Shown: positions 16,652-26,360 of the stretch, piece after piece
How the letters are laid out: the number at the start of each line of letters is the position of its first letter
Numbering within the stretch: position 1 is the stretch's first letter
NCBI GenBank assembly: GCA_009692615.1
Contig: SHYW01000004.1
Location: forward strand, 8,273 to 72,272
From: Deltaproteobacteria bacterium
Lineage (GTDB): Bacteria; Desulfobacterota; Binatia; UBA9968
Length of the DNA: 64,000 bases
Reading direction: 5' to 3'
Made by a program: the position numbers and the translations under genes
Notes under the pieces: model-generated
The model's database searches: none
Told to the model about the DNA's origin: nothing
What the model saw: only the letters and a program-made list of their open reading frames with translations

Positions 16652-17422
16652 ATGATTCAAGGTATCGATCACCTGGTCATCGTGGTCAAAGATCTCGACC
16701 AAGCTGCGAGGGACTACCAGCAACTCGGCTTCACCGTGGTGCCCGGCGGGCAGCACCCGGTGGGCAGCCATAACGTCTTGATCTCCTTCGCCGATGGTTC
16801 CTATCTGGAAATCATCGCCTTCTATCGCGAGGCGATCGATCATCGTTGGTGGGATCCGCTGGCGAAGGGCGAACGGCTGGTCGACTTTTGTTTTCAAACC
16901 GACGACCTCGGCGGCGACACCAAGAAACTCCAAGACGCCGGCGCAGCGATCAACAACCCCGTGCCCTGGTCGCGCAAGCGGCCGGATGGTTTTGAATTGA
17001 AATGGCTCTTGTCGCTGGCCACTGGCAGCCATCGCGGTGTCGCGCCATTTTTGATCGAAGATGTCACCGCGCGCAGCGAACGGGTGCCCCAAGAGTTCCA
17101 ACATCAAAATGGCATCACCGGCATCGAAAAACTGATCGTCTCGGTGGGCGAACTCGGCCCGATCGAAAAGTGGTACGGCGCGCTGCTCGGCGCCAAGGGC
17201 CAAGCCGTGCGCAACGATGAGCTAAAAGCCGATGGCCTCGGCTTTCAAACCGGCGCGCAACGCATCGACTTTCTAACCCCAAATGACGTCTCCAGCCCGC
17301 TGGTAAATTGGCTGCGCGAGTTCGGTCCCTCGCCCTACGCTGCGCAATTGAAAACCAGCAACCCATCGGAGCAATCCTTCGACCTAGGTTTGACCCACGG
17401 CGCCAACTTGGTGGTTACCTAA
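16652..17422 (+). CDS. VOC family protein (two glyoxalase-like modules)
   Basis: MIQGIDHLVIVVKDLDQAARDYQQLGFTV.. Long ORF-track N-terminal extension discarded. Confidence 0.6.
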   Translation: MIQGIDHLVIVVKDLDQAARDYQQLGFTVVPGGQHPVGSHNVLISFADGSYLEIIAFYREAIDHRWWDPLAKGERLVDFCFQTDDLGGDTKKLQDAGAAINNPVPWSRKRPDGFELKWLLSLATGSHRGVAPFLIEDVTARSERVPQEFQHQNGITGIEKLIVSVGELGPIEKWYGALLGAKGQAVRNDELKADGLGFQTGAQRIDFLTPNDVSSPLVNWLREFGPSPYAAQLKTSNPSEQSFDLGLTHGANLVVT

Positions 17423-17495
17423 AGCCAGCCGATCGATTACAATCGTAGTTAAGATTCTTTACCGAACGGCGTCTAACTGGCAAGGAGGCAGGCAA

Positions 17496-17837
17496 ATGGC
17501 TAACAGAAATTACCGACAGTTCACCGGCAGTGCGCTGCTGATCGTTTCGCTCATGGTCGCGCTCGTCGGTTCCGTCGGTCCGGCATGGAGCAGTCACGAG
17601 CATATCCGCAATGAAATAAATCTATTTCACGACTTCTTGCTCAACCACCCAAAGGTTTCGGCCGAATTGCGCCACAACCCCAATCTCGCCAATAACAAGA
17701 AATATTTGGCCAAGCACGAAGATTTGGCGAAGTTCTTGAAACGTCACCCCGATGTCAAACGTGAGTTAATCAATCATCCGAGCCGGGTCTTCAGCCGCCA
17801 TCATAACGAAGAGTACGCCCGTTTGCGCCACCGTTAG
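17496..17837 (+). CDS. secreted His-rich repeat protein, hypothetical
   Basis: Signal peptide, then two or three repeats of L..HP.V..EL..NP. Confidence 0.4.
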   Translation: MANRNYRQFTGSALLIVSLMVALVGSVGPAWSSHEHIRNEINLFHDFLLNHPKVSAELRHNPNLANNKKYLAKHEDLAKFLKRHPDVKRELINHPSRVFSRHHNEEYARLRHR

Positions 17838-17984
17838 AAAGCGACAAGCTTAACTCGACTGCACGAATCGTCGCGGCGTTTTTTCTCGTTCATCTCGCCG
17901 CGATTTGACAGCCTGTCAGCCTACCGTTACTGTGCCCCAATGCTTCGCCTCGTTGCGGACTGAGACAATCACTGGAGGACACCT

Positions 17985-18677
17985 ATGACGCTACCGGAAA
18001 AACTCGCGCTCGCCTGCCGCATACTCGCCATGCAGGGGCACAACGATATGATCTACGGCCACGTCTCAGCACTCACCGACAAGCCCAACGAATATTGGAT
18101 CAAGGGCTCGGGCATCGGCTTGGAAGAAGCCGTCGGCGACGACATGGTGCTGATCGATTTCGACGGCAACACGCTGGCCGGCAAGCGCAAACGCCACAAT
18201 GAGTTTCCCATCCACAGCGAAGTCTATCGGACCAACCCGGCGATCAAATGCGTCATCCACACCCATCCGACCTATTCGACGATCATCGCGTCGTCGGAAC
18301 ATCGGCTGTTGCCGATCACCAATTTGAGCTGCGCCTTTTATCCGCCGGCGATCAATAAATTCGAAGAGTCTTCCGACTTGATTGTCACCGCCGAGCAAGG
18401 CGCTTCGGTGGCGAAACTCTTGGGCGAACATAAAATTGTTCTCCTACGTAACCACGGCATCGTCGTCGCCGGCACATCCATCGAAGAAGCCTGCATCCGC
18501 GGCGTCCTGCTCGAATACAGCGCCAAAACCCAAGTCACCGCCGCCTCCATGGGCGCCTTCTCCTGGGCCACCGACACCGACGCATTATTGAAGAGAAAAA
18601 GAATCTATCGGCCCGATGCGATGTTGAATCTGTGGGATTATTACGTGCGCATGCTCGAGAAACATGAAAGCAAGTAA
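17985..18677 (+). CDS. class II aldolase/adducin family protein
   Basis: ..VIHTHPTYS..NHGIVVAG.. GGAGG ribosome-binding site. Confidence 0.75.
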   Translation: MTLPEKLALACRILAMQGHNDMIYGHVSALTDKPNEYWIKGSGIGLEEAVGDDMVLIDFDGNTLAGKRKRHNEFPIHSEVYRTNPAIKCVIHTHPTYSTIIASSEHRLLPITNLSCAFYPPAINKFEESSDLIVTAEQGASVAKLLGEHKIVLLRNHGIVVAGTSIEEACIRGVLLEYSAKTQVTAASMGAFSWATDTDALLKRKRIYRPDAMLNLWDYYVRMLEKHESK

Positions 18678-18681
18678 GCCT

Positions 18682-19869
18682 TCAACGGTGAATCGCCAAG
18701 AACGCAAAAACCTTGGCCGCGTCGAGCACGCTATTCAGCGGAACCAGATCATGATCGGTGTGCTGAAACTTAATATGCCGTGAGCCGTAGTTGATCGCCT
18801 GAATGCCGCGGTGATTGAACAAACCGGTGTCGTTGGCGGCGGTGGAATATGAAAACTTCGGCTCATGGTTGAGCATCGTGCGAATCCCCTGCTCCAAGAC
18901 CTGCACCACTTCGGCATCGCGCTTCACTTCACTGGGATACATAAAATCGCGCGGCGACACTTCGATCTCGTAGGGTTCGATGGTGCCGATGGCGTCGCGC
19001 ATCTGCTGCACCGCTTTGGCCGGATCGTCGCCGGGCAGTAAGCGGCGGTCGAACATGATGCGGCATTCGCTCTGAATCGTGTGCGTCGCCTTGGGAAAAC
19101 TCTCGATCGCATTGGTGGTCAAACTGACGTCGCCGAGATCGGCGTGGGATCGTTCTTCGGGAAACGGCATCAAGGGTTTCAACCGCTCCAACACAAGCAT
19201 GGCGCCCTCGATGGCGTTGACGCCCTCCCACGGCCGGCTGCTGTGCGCCTGCTTGCCTTTGACGGTCACCAGCACGTCGACTCTACCTTTGTTGCCCAGT
19301 TGAATTTCCGGCGGCCCGTCGATGATGCACCAGTCGGCCTCGACGCTGCCATGATCGAGCACGTAAGCGAGAGAATCATGCTTGCCGGTCTCGCCCGCGG
19401 TGCTGACGACGAAATAAAGATCGCTCGGCAGCTCGACTTTGTTGACGCCGAGAAAACGCACCGCCGCCATCATCGCCGCCAAACTACCCTTCTGCTCGCA
19501 GGCGCCGCGGCCCCAGACGCATTGGCCGGAAAGTTTGTAGGGCGTGCCGTCGATGACTTCACCCGAATAGGGATTCTCCATCGTACTCGGCGCCGCGCAC
19601 ATGGCATAGCCCACCAGCATCAAGCGGTCCTGGGAAGAGCGGCCGCGCAGCCGTAGTATCAGATTGCCCATCTTGTCGATGGCGGGATGAAGACCGGCCT
19701 GCTCAAGCTCCGGTTTGACCACATCGGTGATCAGCGCCAACACCTGCGGCTCGGCTTCGAGCAGCCGGGTCTGCGGACTGGCATGCTGGACGAGTTTAAC
19801 CGTGAGCCGTTTGACCTCATCGTAACTCAGATGCTTTTCGATTAATTTTTTCGCCGTGCCGTCATCCAT
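18682..19869 (-). CDS. M20 family metallopeptidase (ArgE/DapE/acetylornithine deacetylase-like)
   Basis: 395 aa, with ..GRGACEQKG..NKGRVDVLVTVKGKQAHSS.. Confidence 0.75.
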   Translation of the reverse strand: MDDGTAKKLIEKHLSYDEVKRLTVKLVQHASPQTRLLEAEPQVLALITDVVKPELEQAGLHPAIDKMGNLILRLRGRSSQDRLMLVGYAMCAAPSTMENPYSGEVIDGTPYKLSGQCVWGRGACEQKGSLAAMMAAVRFLGVNKVELPSDLYFVVSTAGETGKHDSLAYVLDHGSVEADWCIIDGPPEIQLGNKGRVDVLVTVKGKQAHSSRPWEGVNAIEGAMLVLERLKPLMPFPEERSHADLGDVSLTTNAIESFPKATHTIQSECRIMFDRRLLPGDDPAKAVQQMRDAIGTIEPYEIEVSPRDFMYPSEVKRDAEVVQVLEQGIRTMLNHEPKFSYSTAANDTGLFNHRGIQAINYGSRHIKFQHTDHDLVPLNSVLDAAKVFAFLAIHR

Positions 19870-19900
19870 CCTACTCGTGCCTCACGCCTCAAGCCTAATT

Positions 19901-21619
19901 TTAATGCCCCTCGAAGGTGCCGGCGGCCTTGCCAACTTTTCGCGCGATCACCACCAGCACGATGCACACTACACTGACAATCAGCGCCAAGGAACACATG
20001 GGGCCGAGATTGCCATCGACGTAGAAATGGTAGAGCAGCGGTCCCAACGGTTCGGCGCCCGGCGAATAGAGAAAGACCGAGGTGCTGAACTCGCGCAAAA
20101 AAATCGTCGCCAGGATAATCCATCCGGCGATGAACCCCGGCCGTAGCAGCGGCAAGAGAATACGCCGAAAGGTCGTCAAAAAGCTCGCGCCGCAAGCCAT
20201 CGACGCCTGCTGCAAGTCGTCGTGCAATTGCACGATCGTACTGGTCATGGTGCGCAAACCGTAGGGCAAGAACCGGGTAATGTAACCGATCAGCAAGATC
20301 CACAAAGTGCCGTAAATCGGTAGCGGTATGTAAACGTAAGTCCAAAGCAGACCGATGCCCAATGCCGTGCCGGGAAACGCCCATGGAATAAACGTCATCG
20401 CTTCGATCAAACCGCGGCCTCTAGCTTTGCTCTTAGTCGTGACCCACGCCGTCAGAGCGGCGAGCAGCATGCACAAGGTCGCGCCACCGACCGAAAGCAT
20501 CAAGCTATTTTGCAAGGCCCGATAGGTGCGCGAGTCGGTGAAGTTGGCGCGATAGTTGTCGAGCGTCAAAAGCTCCCAGGTCTTGGCGCTCGGCACGTGG
20601 ATGTAAGAGATAAACGAAACATAGATCATCACCATGAACGGCAGCGCGACGATCAGCAGCAGGATCAAGCTCGCCACCAGCGATGCCGCCCAGCGCCACT
20701 TACCCAGATCGATGATCATCGGCCGATAGCCGCGGCCGGTCACCGTGACGTAGCGCTCAGAGCGCGCGGTCAAGCGGCGATAGAAATACACGAACAGCAT
20801 GGTGATGAACAGCAGCGACACGCCATAAGCGGCGGCGAGATTTTGATTGGGCGGAAAGGCGCCCACCGCTTCGCGATAAATTTTTGTCGTAAACACTTCG
20901 ATCCGCGCCGGTAACGCAATAATCGCCGGCGTGTCGAAGCTTTCGATAGCGCGGACGAAGTTGAGCATCGCCGAAGCCAACAACGCCGGCCGGACGATGG
21001 GAATCGTAATGCGCCAAGCGATCTGCAAATTGCTCGATCCAGCCACCCGCGCGGACTCTTCTAGCGAAGGGTCCATGGAGTATAGCGCCGCCGAAATCAT
21101 CAAAAACGCCAGCGGCACGGTGATCAAAGCTTCGACATACATCATGCCCCAAAGGGAATAGAGATTGAGCGGCGCTTGCGCGAGATCGAAGAGCTGCATT
21201 AGCAAACGGTTGATCAAGCCGGTGCGCGGGCTCAGCAACACGGTCCAGGAGACGGCCAACATCACCGGTGGAAAAATATTCGGTACGATGGCGGTCAACT
21301 CGAACAGTTTGCGAAACGGCGCATTGGTGCGGATCGAGATCCACGCCAGGATCGCCGCCAACGCTGTCGCCAATAGCGCCGAGCCGCCGGCGAAGATGAA
21401 GGAATTGAACAGCAACTGATAGGTTAACGGATCGGAATAAGCGCTAACGTAATGGGCCAGGGTAAAGCCGCCGGGCACACCCAACGGTTTATCGCGGAAG
21501 CTGCCATAGAATAGCATCAAGGTTGGCGACAGACTTAGATAAGCGATCACCAGACCGATGCCCCAAACCACGCCGAGCTGGGGATCGCGGCGAAACGCGC
21601 CAAGGAACCGGGAAATCAT
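19901..21619 (-). CDS. iron(III)-type ABC transporter permease with two fused BPD-transport domains (FbpB/SfuB-like)
   Basis: About 570 aa with 12 TM helices and two EAA-like loops. ATG with GAGG ribosome-binding site at 21619. Confidence 0.75.
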   Translation of the reverse strand: MISRFLGAFRRDPQLGVVWGIGLVIAYLSLSPTLMLFYGSFRDKPLGVPGGFTLAHYVSAYSDPLTYQLLFNSFIFAGGSALLATALAAILAWISIRTNAPFRKLFELTAIVPNIFPPVMLAVSWTVLLSPRTGLINRLLMQLFDLAQAPLNLYSLWGMMYVEALITVPLAFLMISAALYSMDPSLEESARVAGSSNLQIAWRITIPIVRPALLASAMLNFVRAIESFDTPAIIALPARIEVFTTKIYREAVGAFPPNQNLAAAYGVSLLFITMLFVYFYRRLTARSERYVTVTGRGYRPMIIDLGKWRWAASLVASLILLLIVALPFMVMIYVSFISYIHVPSAKTWELLTLDNYRANFTDSRTYRALQNSLMLSVGGATLCMLLAALTAWVTTKSKARGRGLIEAMTFIPWAFPGTALGIGLLWTYVYIPLPIYGTLWILLIGYITRFLPYGLRTMTSTIVQLHDDLQQASMACGASFLTTFRRILLPLLRPGFIAGWIILATIFLREFSTSVFLYSPGAEPLGPLLYHFYVDGNLGPMCSLALIVSVVCIVLVVIARKVGKAAGTFEGH

Positions 21620-21729
21620 CGCCTGCCCTCGAGTTGCGCATGAATGTAGAGTTGCATAACCAAAACTAAGAAGGGCCAGCGCTATGGCCGGCCCTTCTTT
21701 ATTCACTAATCAATGGCGCTTTTCAACGA

Positions 21730-22743
21730 TTACTTTGCTGCGGCGAAGATGTCGCGAAAGGTGCCGCTCATGAGCTTCTTGAACTCGTCCTCTGAGGGAT
21801 TGTCCATGAACACCATGCGCGGCGCGACCTTTTCGGCGTCTTTAATCGGCGGATAAACGCCCGGCGCCAAGACAAATTCGCCATCCTCGGCGATTTCCTT
21901 TTGCCCTTCGACGGAGCAGGCAAAATCGATGTAGAGCTTAGCGGCATTAGCTCGTGTCGACTTGGCGCTAAGACTCAAGTAATTGGGATCGGTCAGATAC
22001 CTATCCATCGGGATGAAGTCCACCGGCCCTTTGTATTGCTTGATGTACTTGATGTAAGTGATGCCCAACGCGGCTTCGCCTTTGATCACGGTGGTGGTCA
22101 CTGGAGCCAGAGATTCGACTAGGATGGGATTCTGCTTGGCCAGCGCTTTCACATAATCCAACCACTTGTCGCCCTTGAATTCTTTGCGCCGCAGGTTCCA
22201 GAGAAATTGCGCCGTGGTGGTGTGGCGCGTCGGATCGGGAATGGAAATTTTGCCGCTCCATTTAGGATTTAACAAATCGTCGAACGTCTTGGGCAAGTCC
22301 GCCGCTTTAACCAACTCGGTGTTGAAGAGAATGCTGATCGGCAGCACCCGCCAGGGCGTGATCAAACCGTCTTTCTCTTTGTACTGAGCGGGAAATTTCT
22401 CCGACGACGGCGGCACGAACTTCTGAAAGAGACCCTCGCCTTTCATGATCAACTGCACGCCGCGGTTGCCCTCGGCGATATCGAAACCGGGCCGGCCGGC
22501 GCGCCACTCGGTCAGCGCGCGCTCGGACACTTGAGTCGATGAACCGCGCCAGTATTCAACGTCGATGCCGTATTTCTTTTTGAACGCTTGATGCAGCCCC
22601 TCCATCGCTTGTGGCACGACGGAGCCATAGACCACCACCTTGCCTTCCTTCTTGGCGGCGTCGAGGTTGGCGGGCTGCGCCGAAGCAGTTGCGATGCGCA
22701 ACAGCAGGAAAACCGAAAGTAATAATAGTTTAGTAAATTTCAT
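21730..22743 (-). CDS. family-1 extracellular solute-binding protein, Fe3+-type
   Basis: Signal peptide MKFTKLLLLSVFLLLRIATASAQ. About 50% identical to the paralog at 22931-24016. GGAGGA ribosome-binding site. Confidence 0.7.
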   Translation of the reverse strand: MKFTKLLLLSVFLLLRIATASAQPANLDAAKKEGKVVVYGSVVPQAMEGLHQAFKKKYGIDVEYWRGSSTQVSERALTEWRAGRPGFDIAEGNRGVQLIMKGEGLFQKFVPPSSEKFPAQYKEKDGLITPWRVLPISILFNTELVKAADLPKTFDDLLNPKWSGKISIPDPTRHTTTAQFLWNLRRKEFKGDKWLDYVKALAKQNPILVESLAPVTTTVIKGEAALGITYIKYIKQYKGPVDFIPMDRYLTDPNYLSLSAKSTRANAAKLYIDFACSVEGQKEIAEDGEFVLAPGVYPPIKDAEKVAPRMVFMDNPSEDEFKKLMSGTFRDIFAAAK

Positions 22744-22878
22744 CGCATCCTCCGACTCAATCAACTCGGCATTTCGCGATCGGGGTATGAACCCCGCTCG
22801 CGACCAAAGGGGATGCTCGCCCCCTTTGGAAACCCCATTTAGTTGTGCCCGCCGCAAGCAGCGGGCAATATTAGATTT

Positions 22879-22922
22879 AAACAAAAAACTACCGACGCGC
22901 TCTGGCTAAGTCAAGCCGTCGG
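22879..22922 (-). terminator. candidate intrinsic terminator for upstream solute-binding protein gene
   Basis: Minus strand forms ccgacg..cgtcgg stem, followed by tagttttttgttt. Confidence 0.35.
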
Positions 22923-22930
22923 CTGAAAAG

Positions 22931-24016
22931 CTACTTGGCGATGAACAACTGGCGAAACTCGGCCTGGAGCTTTTGCAATTGTTCGGCGCTCGGATCTTCT
23001 AACAGTTGCAGATTAGCCATGATCCGCTCGGCGCCTTTGATCGCCGGAAAGACTCCCGGCGCTAAAACGAATTCGTAGGTCTCGGAAACTTTTTTCTGCC
23101 CCTCGGGCGAGCAGAGATAATCGATCAAGAAGCGCGCGGCATTAGGATTGACCGCCTTCGCGCTAATCGCCGCATCGCTCGGATCGGCGAACACTTGCTC
23201 GATGGGCGCGAAACCGATGGGCCCTTTGGTCTGCGGCACATATTGAATGTAAGAAATGCCGAGAGCGGCTTCGCCGCGGACGATGGCGTTGGGCACGGAC
23301 GAATAGGACTCAACCAGCAACGGCTTTTGTTTGGCGAGTGCGCGCACGAAGTCGAGCCACTTGTCGCCTTTGATTTTCTGCAGGTTCCATAAGAATGTCG
23401 CCGTGCTGGCGTGGCGCGAAGGATCGGGCAGAGAAATTTTTCCCAGCCACTTGGGATCTAGCAGGTCGTCCAAACTTTTCGGCACGTCGTTACCTTTCAC
23501 TAAATCGGTGTTGGTAAGAATGCCCACGGGTGTAACCCGCCAAGCGGTCAACTGACCGTCTTTATCCTTGAACTTGGCGGGAAAATTTGCCGCGCTCGCC
23601 GGCGTGAACTTCGCGTAAACGCCATCGGCCTTACCCAACGCCAACGGACCGCGGGCACCGATCACCATGTCGAAACCAGGTTTACCGGCGCGCCATTCGG
23701 TCAGCACGCGGTCGATGAGTTTGGTCGCGTCGCCGCGCCAGTACTCGATATTGACGCCGTACTTGGCTTCAAAGCCCTTCTCGATGAGCGACATCACCTG
23801 GGGAATGATGGTGCCGTAAACGTTGACCTTGCCTTCCTTCTTAGCCGCTTCATGGCTCACACCCTGAGCTGAAACCTGTGCCGTCGGACCAAGAAGAATG
23901 CAAAGCAAAAATAAAAATGCATAACGCCCAACTGGTTGTCGGAGCCAAGTTACCTTCCCCCTTTGAAAAAGGGGGATTGAGGAGAATTTTCCTTGCACGA
24001 TAACGAAATTTTTCAT
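22931..24016 (-). CDS. family-1 extracellular solute-binding protein, Fe3+-type (tandem paralog)
   Basis: AAKKEGKVNVYGTIIPQVM..EYWRGDATK.. A hairpin ccccctttgaaaaaggggg lies inside the N-terminal coding region, so the start is uncertain. Confidence 0.65.
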   Translation of the reverse strand: MKNFVIVQGKFSSIPLFQRGKVTWLRQPVGRYAFLFLLCILLGPTAQVSAQGVSHEAAKKEGKVNVYGTIIPQVMSLIEKGFEAKYGVNIEYWRGDATKLIDRVLTEWRAGKPGFDMVIGARGPLALGKADGVYAKFTPASAANFPAKFKDKDGQLTAWRVTPVGILTNTDLVKGNDVPKSLDDLLDPKWLGKISLPDPSRHASTATFLWNLQKIKGDKWLDFVRALAKQKPLLVESYSSVPNAIVRGEAALGISYIQYVPQTKGPIGFAPIEQVFADPSDAAISAKAVNPNAARFLIDYLCSPEGQKKVSETYEFVLAPGVFPAIKGAERIMANLQLLEDPSAEQLQKLQAEFRQLFIAK

Positions 24017-24059
24017 AAACACCTCTTGGACTATCCAGTTAAAATTGACAATCTAATTC

Positions 24060-25043
24060 TCAGCCGACAATCTCACGCACCATGCGAACAACTTTCTTGC
24101 GCGCCTCTTGCGTCCCCGTCGGCAACACGATCGGCAGGTCGAGCCCGCCCTTGGTGAACGCTTCGAGCTGTTTGGCGCATTCATTCGGCGTCCCAGCCAC
24201 CGAGTGGGCGAAGACCACTTCATCGCTGATAAATTTCTTCGCCGTGTCCCAATCGCGCTTGCCCACCGCGGCGGCCAAACCTTCTTGATCGACCTTGCCG
24301 CCGCCCAAGCGGATATTCTCGGCGTGGTGCACGTTGCGAAAAATATATGCAAGAAAATGTTTATTCGCTTCGATGGCTTCCTTGGCGCTGTCCGAAACTG
24401 CAGCAGTGACGAAGCCGGCGACATCGACATTAGTCGCCGCCTTACCGCCCTTGCCTGCGCCAACAGCGATATCATCGGCGCATTTACGAATATAGCCCGG
24501 CGCGCAGCCCGCCGACAACAACACGCCGTCGCCGATCTCGCCGCCCAGTCGCAACATCAGCGAACGCACTGCGGTGATATACATCTTGATCGGCGCCGAG
24601 GGCACGAAGCCCATCTTTGCGCCGTTGACCTGAAACATCTTGCCTTGAAAATTCACCGTCTCGCCTTTGAGATAGCGGCGCAGGATGTCGACATACTCGC
24701 GCATGGTCTGCAACGGATGGGGCGACTCCATGCCGGCTTCTTTCAAAGCTGCGGCGTTGCCAGTACCCGGACTCGCGATCACCCGGCCGGGAGCAAACTC
24801 GTCCATGGTGGCGATCGACATGGCGGTGATGATCGGATTGCGCGAATACGGACTCATCGGCGCCGCCGCGACTTTGATTTTACTGGTTCGCGCCAACAGC
24901 GCCATCGAAGTGGTGAAGGAATCGCGAAAACAGAGATGATCCGACATCCAGATCGAGTCCATGCCGATTTCATCCGCCAGCTGAGCGAGTTCGATCATCT
25001 CTTGAATCGAATAAAAACCATCAAAGCACAGACCCACGCGCAT
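24060..25043 (-). CDS. LLM class flavin-dependent oxidoreductase (F420/FMN luciferase-like)
   Basis: 327 aa, with ..GMDSIWMSDHL.. Confidence 0.8.
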   Translation of the reverse strand: MRVGLCFDGFYSIQEMIELAQLADEIGMDSIWMSDHLCFRDSFTTSMALLARTSKIKVAAAPMSPYSRNPIITAMSIATMDEFAPGRVIASPGTGNAAALKEAGMESPHPLQTMREYVDILRRYLKGETVNFQGKMFQVNGAKMGFVPSAPIKMYITAVRSLMLRLGGEIGDGVLLSAGCAPGYIRKCADDIAVGAGKGGKAATNVDVAGFVTAAVSDSAKEAIEANKHFLAYIFRNVHHAENIRLGGGKVDQEGLAAAVGKRDWDTAKKFISDEVVFAHSVAGTPNECAKQLEAFTKGGLDLPIVLPTGTQEARKKVVRMVREIVG

Positions 25044-25053
25044 AATCTTGCTC

Positions 25054-26160
25054 CTAAAATCCTTCCGCTAAAATCTTACCGAGATTTTCCGGTGCAACGT
25101 TGGCCAAGCCCATCTTTCCCAACGTCAAACCTTCCGTGCGAAAATCGATGCCCAGCGCCGTCGACGCCAGCGTGATCAGCGCATCCATCACCGGAGTCGC
25201 AACGCCGAGCAGTGTGCCGATCGCCGCCATCGGCACCAGACCATAACCTACATCCTCACGAATGTAGCGGTGATCGAGTGCCGGCGGTGACTTGATCGTG
25301 AAATTCGCTTCGCTGTTGTGAATCGCCTCATAAGCCGATCCCGAATCCCGCGCCGCGCTCGTGGTCAAGCCAGCCTGATGAAAAATATCGACGAAGCGTA
25401 ACGGCGGAAGGCCGAGCAACTTGGCAATCGTCAAACGCTCCCGGTCCACAGCGTCGATCCACGCACCGATCGCCGGCGTGAGACCTTCGCGGTAATAGAG
25501 AAAATCTCCGCCAGTCTTTTCGATCCAGCCAGCGTTACCGAGAGTCCCCGCCGGATGCATGAGCGCATTGATATTCGACAACCCGGTTTCCAGCACGTTG
25601 GCGGCGGCAACGACATTAGGAAACACTTGCTGGATCTCGCTGACAAGCTCAGCCGAATGCTTCCCAGGAAACGCCGCGCAGCGCAAATTCGTCGTGCGCC
25701 GATAAACTTCCACGCGGCCGAATTGCGGCATGCGGCAGATATAAGTGAGCGTCACGGTCTCGCACAGCCGCACCGACGCTTTGCAGCCAAGCATACGCAA
25801 GAGATTGGCAAAATGCAGCGCGCCGCCGGTGTGGCCGGGGTTGAGCAGAATCCGCTGGCCGTCGGTGAGGTAATTGGCCAGGCCTTTCGCCAAATACTCA
25901 TGCCCCACTGCCGGCGTCGCGATGACGATCAGATCGACACCCTGCACCACCGGCGGCAAATGCGGACTCATGAAAAACGGCGCGGCCTTTTTGCTGACGC
26001 CGTTTTCAATCAGCTCGATTTCGCCAAGCTTGGCGAGTTTCGCGATCGTACTTTCCGAGCGCGCGAACAGCCGCACTTCGAAACCACGCAGCGTCAGGTC
26101 GGCAGCCGCGGCACAACCGCCGTTGCCTGCGCCCAGAATCGCGATTTTCTTGATGGTCAT
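25054..26160 (-). CDS. NAD/NADP octopine/nopaline (opine) dehydrogenase family protein
   Basis: MTIKKIAILGAGNGGCAAAADLTLRGFEV.. Rossmann N-terminus. The ORF-track 5' extension of 157 codons is Arg-rich nonsense. Confidence 0.7.
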   Translation of the reverse strand: MTIKKIAILGAGNGGCAAAADLTLRGFEVRLFARSESTIAKLAKLGEIELIENGVSKKAAPFFMSPHLPPVVQGVDLIVIATPAVGHEYLAKGLANYLTDGQRILLNPGHTGGALHFANLLRMLGCKASVRLCETVTLTYICRMPQFGRVEVYRRTTNLRCAAFPGKHSAELVSEIQQVFPNVVAAANVLETGLSNINALMHPAGTLGNAGWIEKTGGDFLYYREGLTPAIGAWIDAVDRERLTIAKLLGLPPLRFVDIFHQAGLTTSAARDSGSAYEAIHNSEANFTIKSPPALDHRYIREDVGYGLVPMAAIGTLLGVATPVMDALITLASTALGIDFRTEGLTLGKMGLANVAPENLGKILAEGF

Positions 26161-26360
26161 GGCGATGTCTAAACCGGCGACAACTTGGAATTGTCCGCTG
26201 CGCTGGTTTTTCTTCGCGTCATAGCGGCGCAGGTCGGTATCCATCTTCCTTCGTTGCCAACGCACCACCACCCCTGGATGCCGGCCTGCGCCGGCATGAC
26301 CAATACGCGGATAACCACGCGACGTGTGCAATCCTTCATAATTTGAGACCGCGACAAGAA

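Noticed and set aside
17838-17984. A riboswitch or attenuator in the 147-nt leader of the class II aldolase gene
   Set aside because: Only a weak, imperfect stem with a following T-run is present. No conserved riboswitch motif was recognisable.
19901-24016. A complete iron ABC importer
   Set aside because: A permease and two binding proteins are present, but no ATPase gene lies in or beside the cluster.
24060-26160. A dedicated opine or sulfonate utilisation operon (LLM, opine dehydrogenase, binding proteins)
   Set aside because: The genes are adjacent but on mixed strands, with repeats between them. Family-level assignments cannot support a specific pathway.
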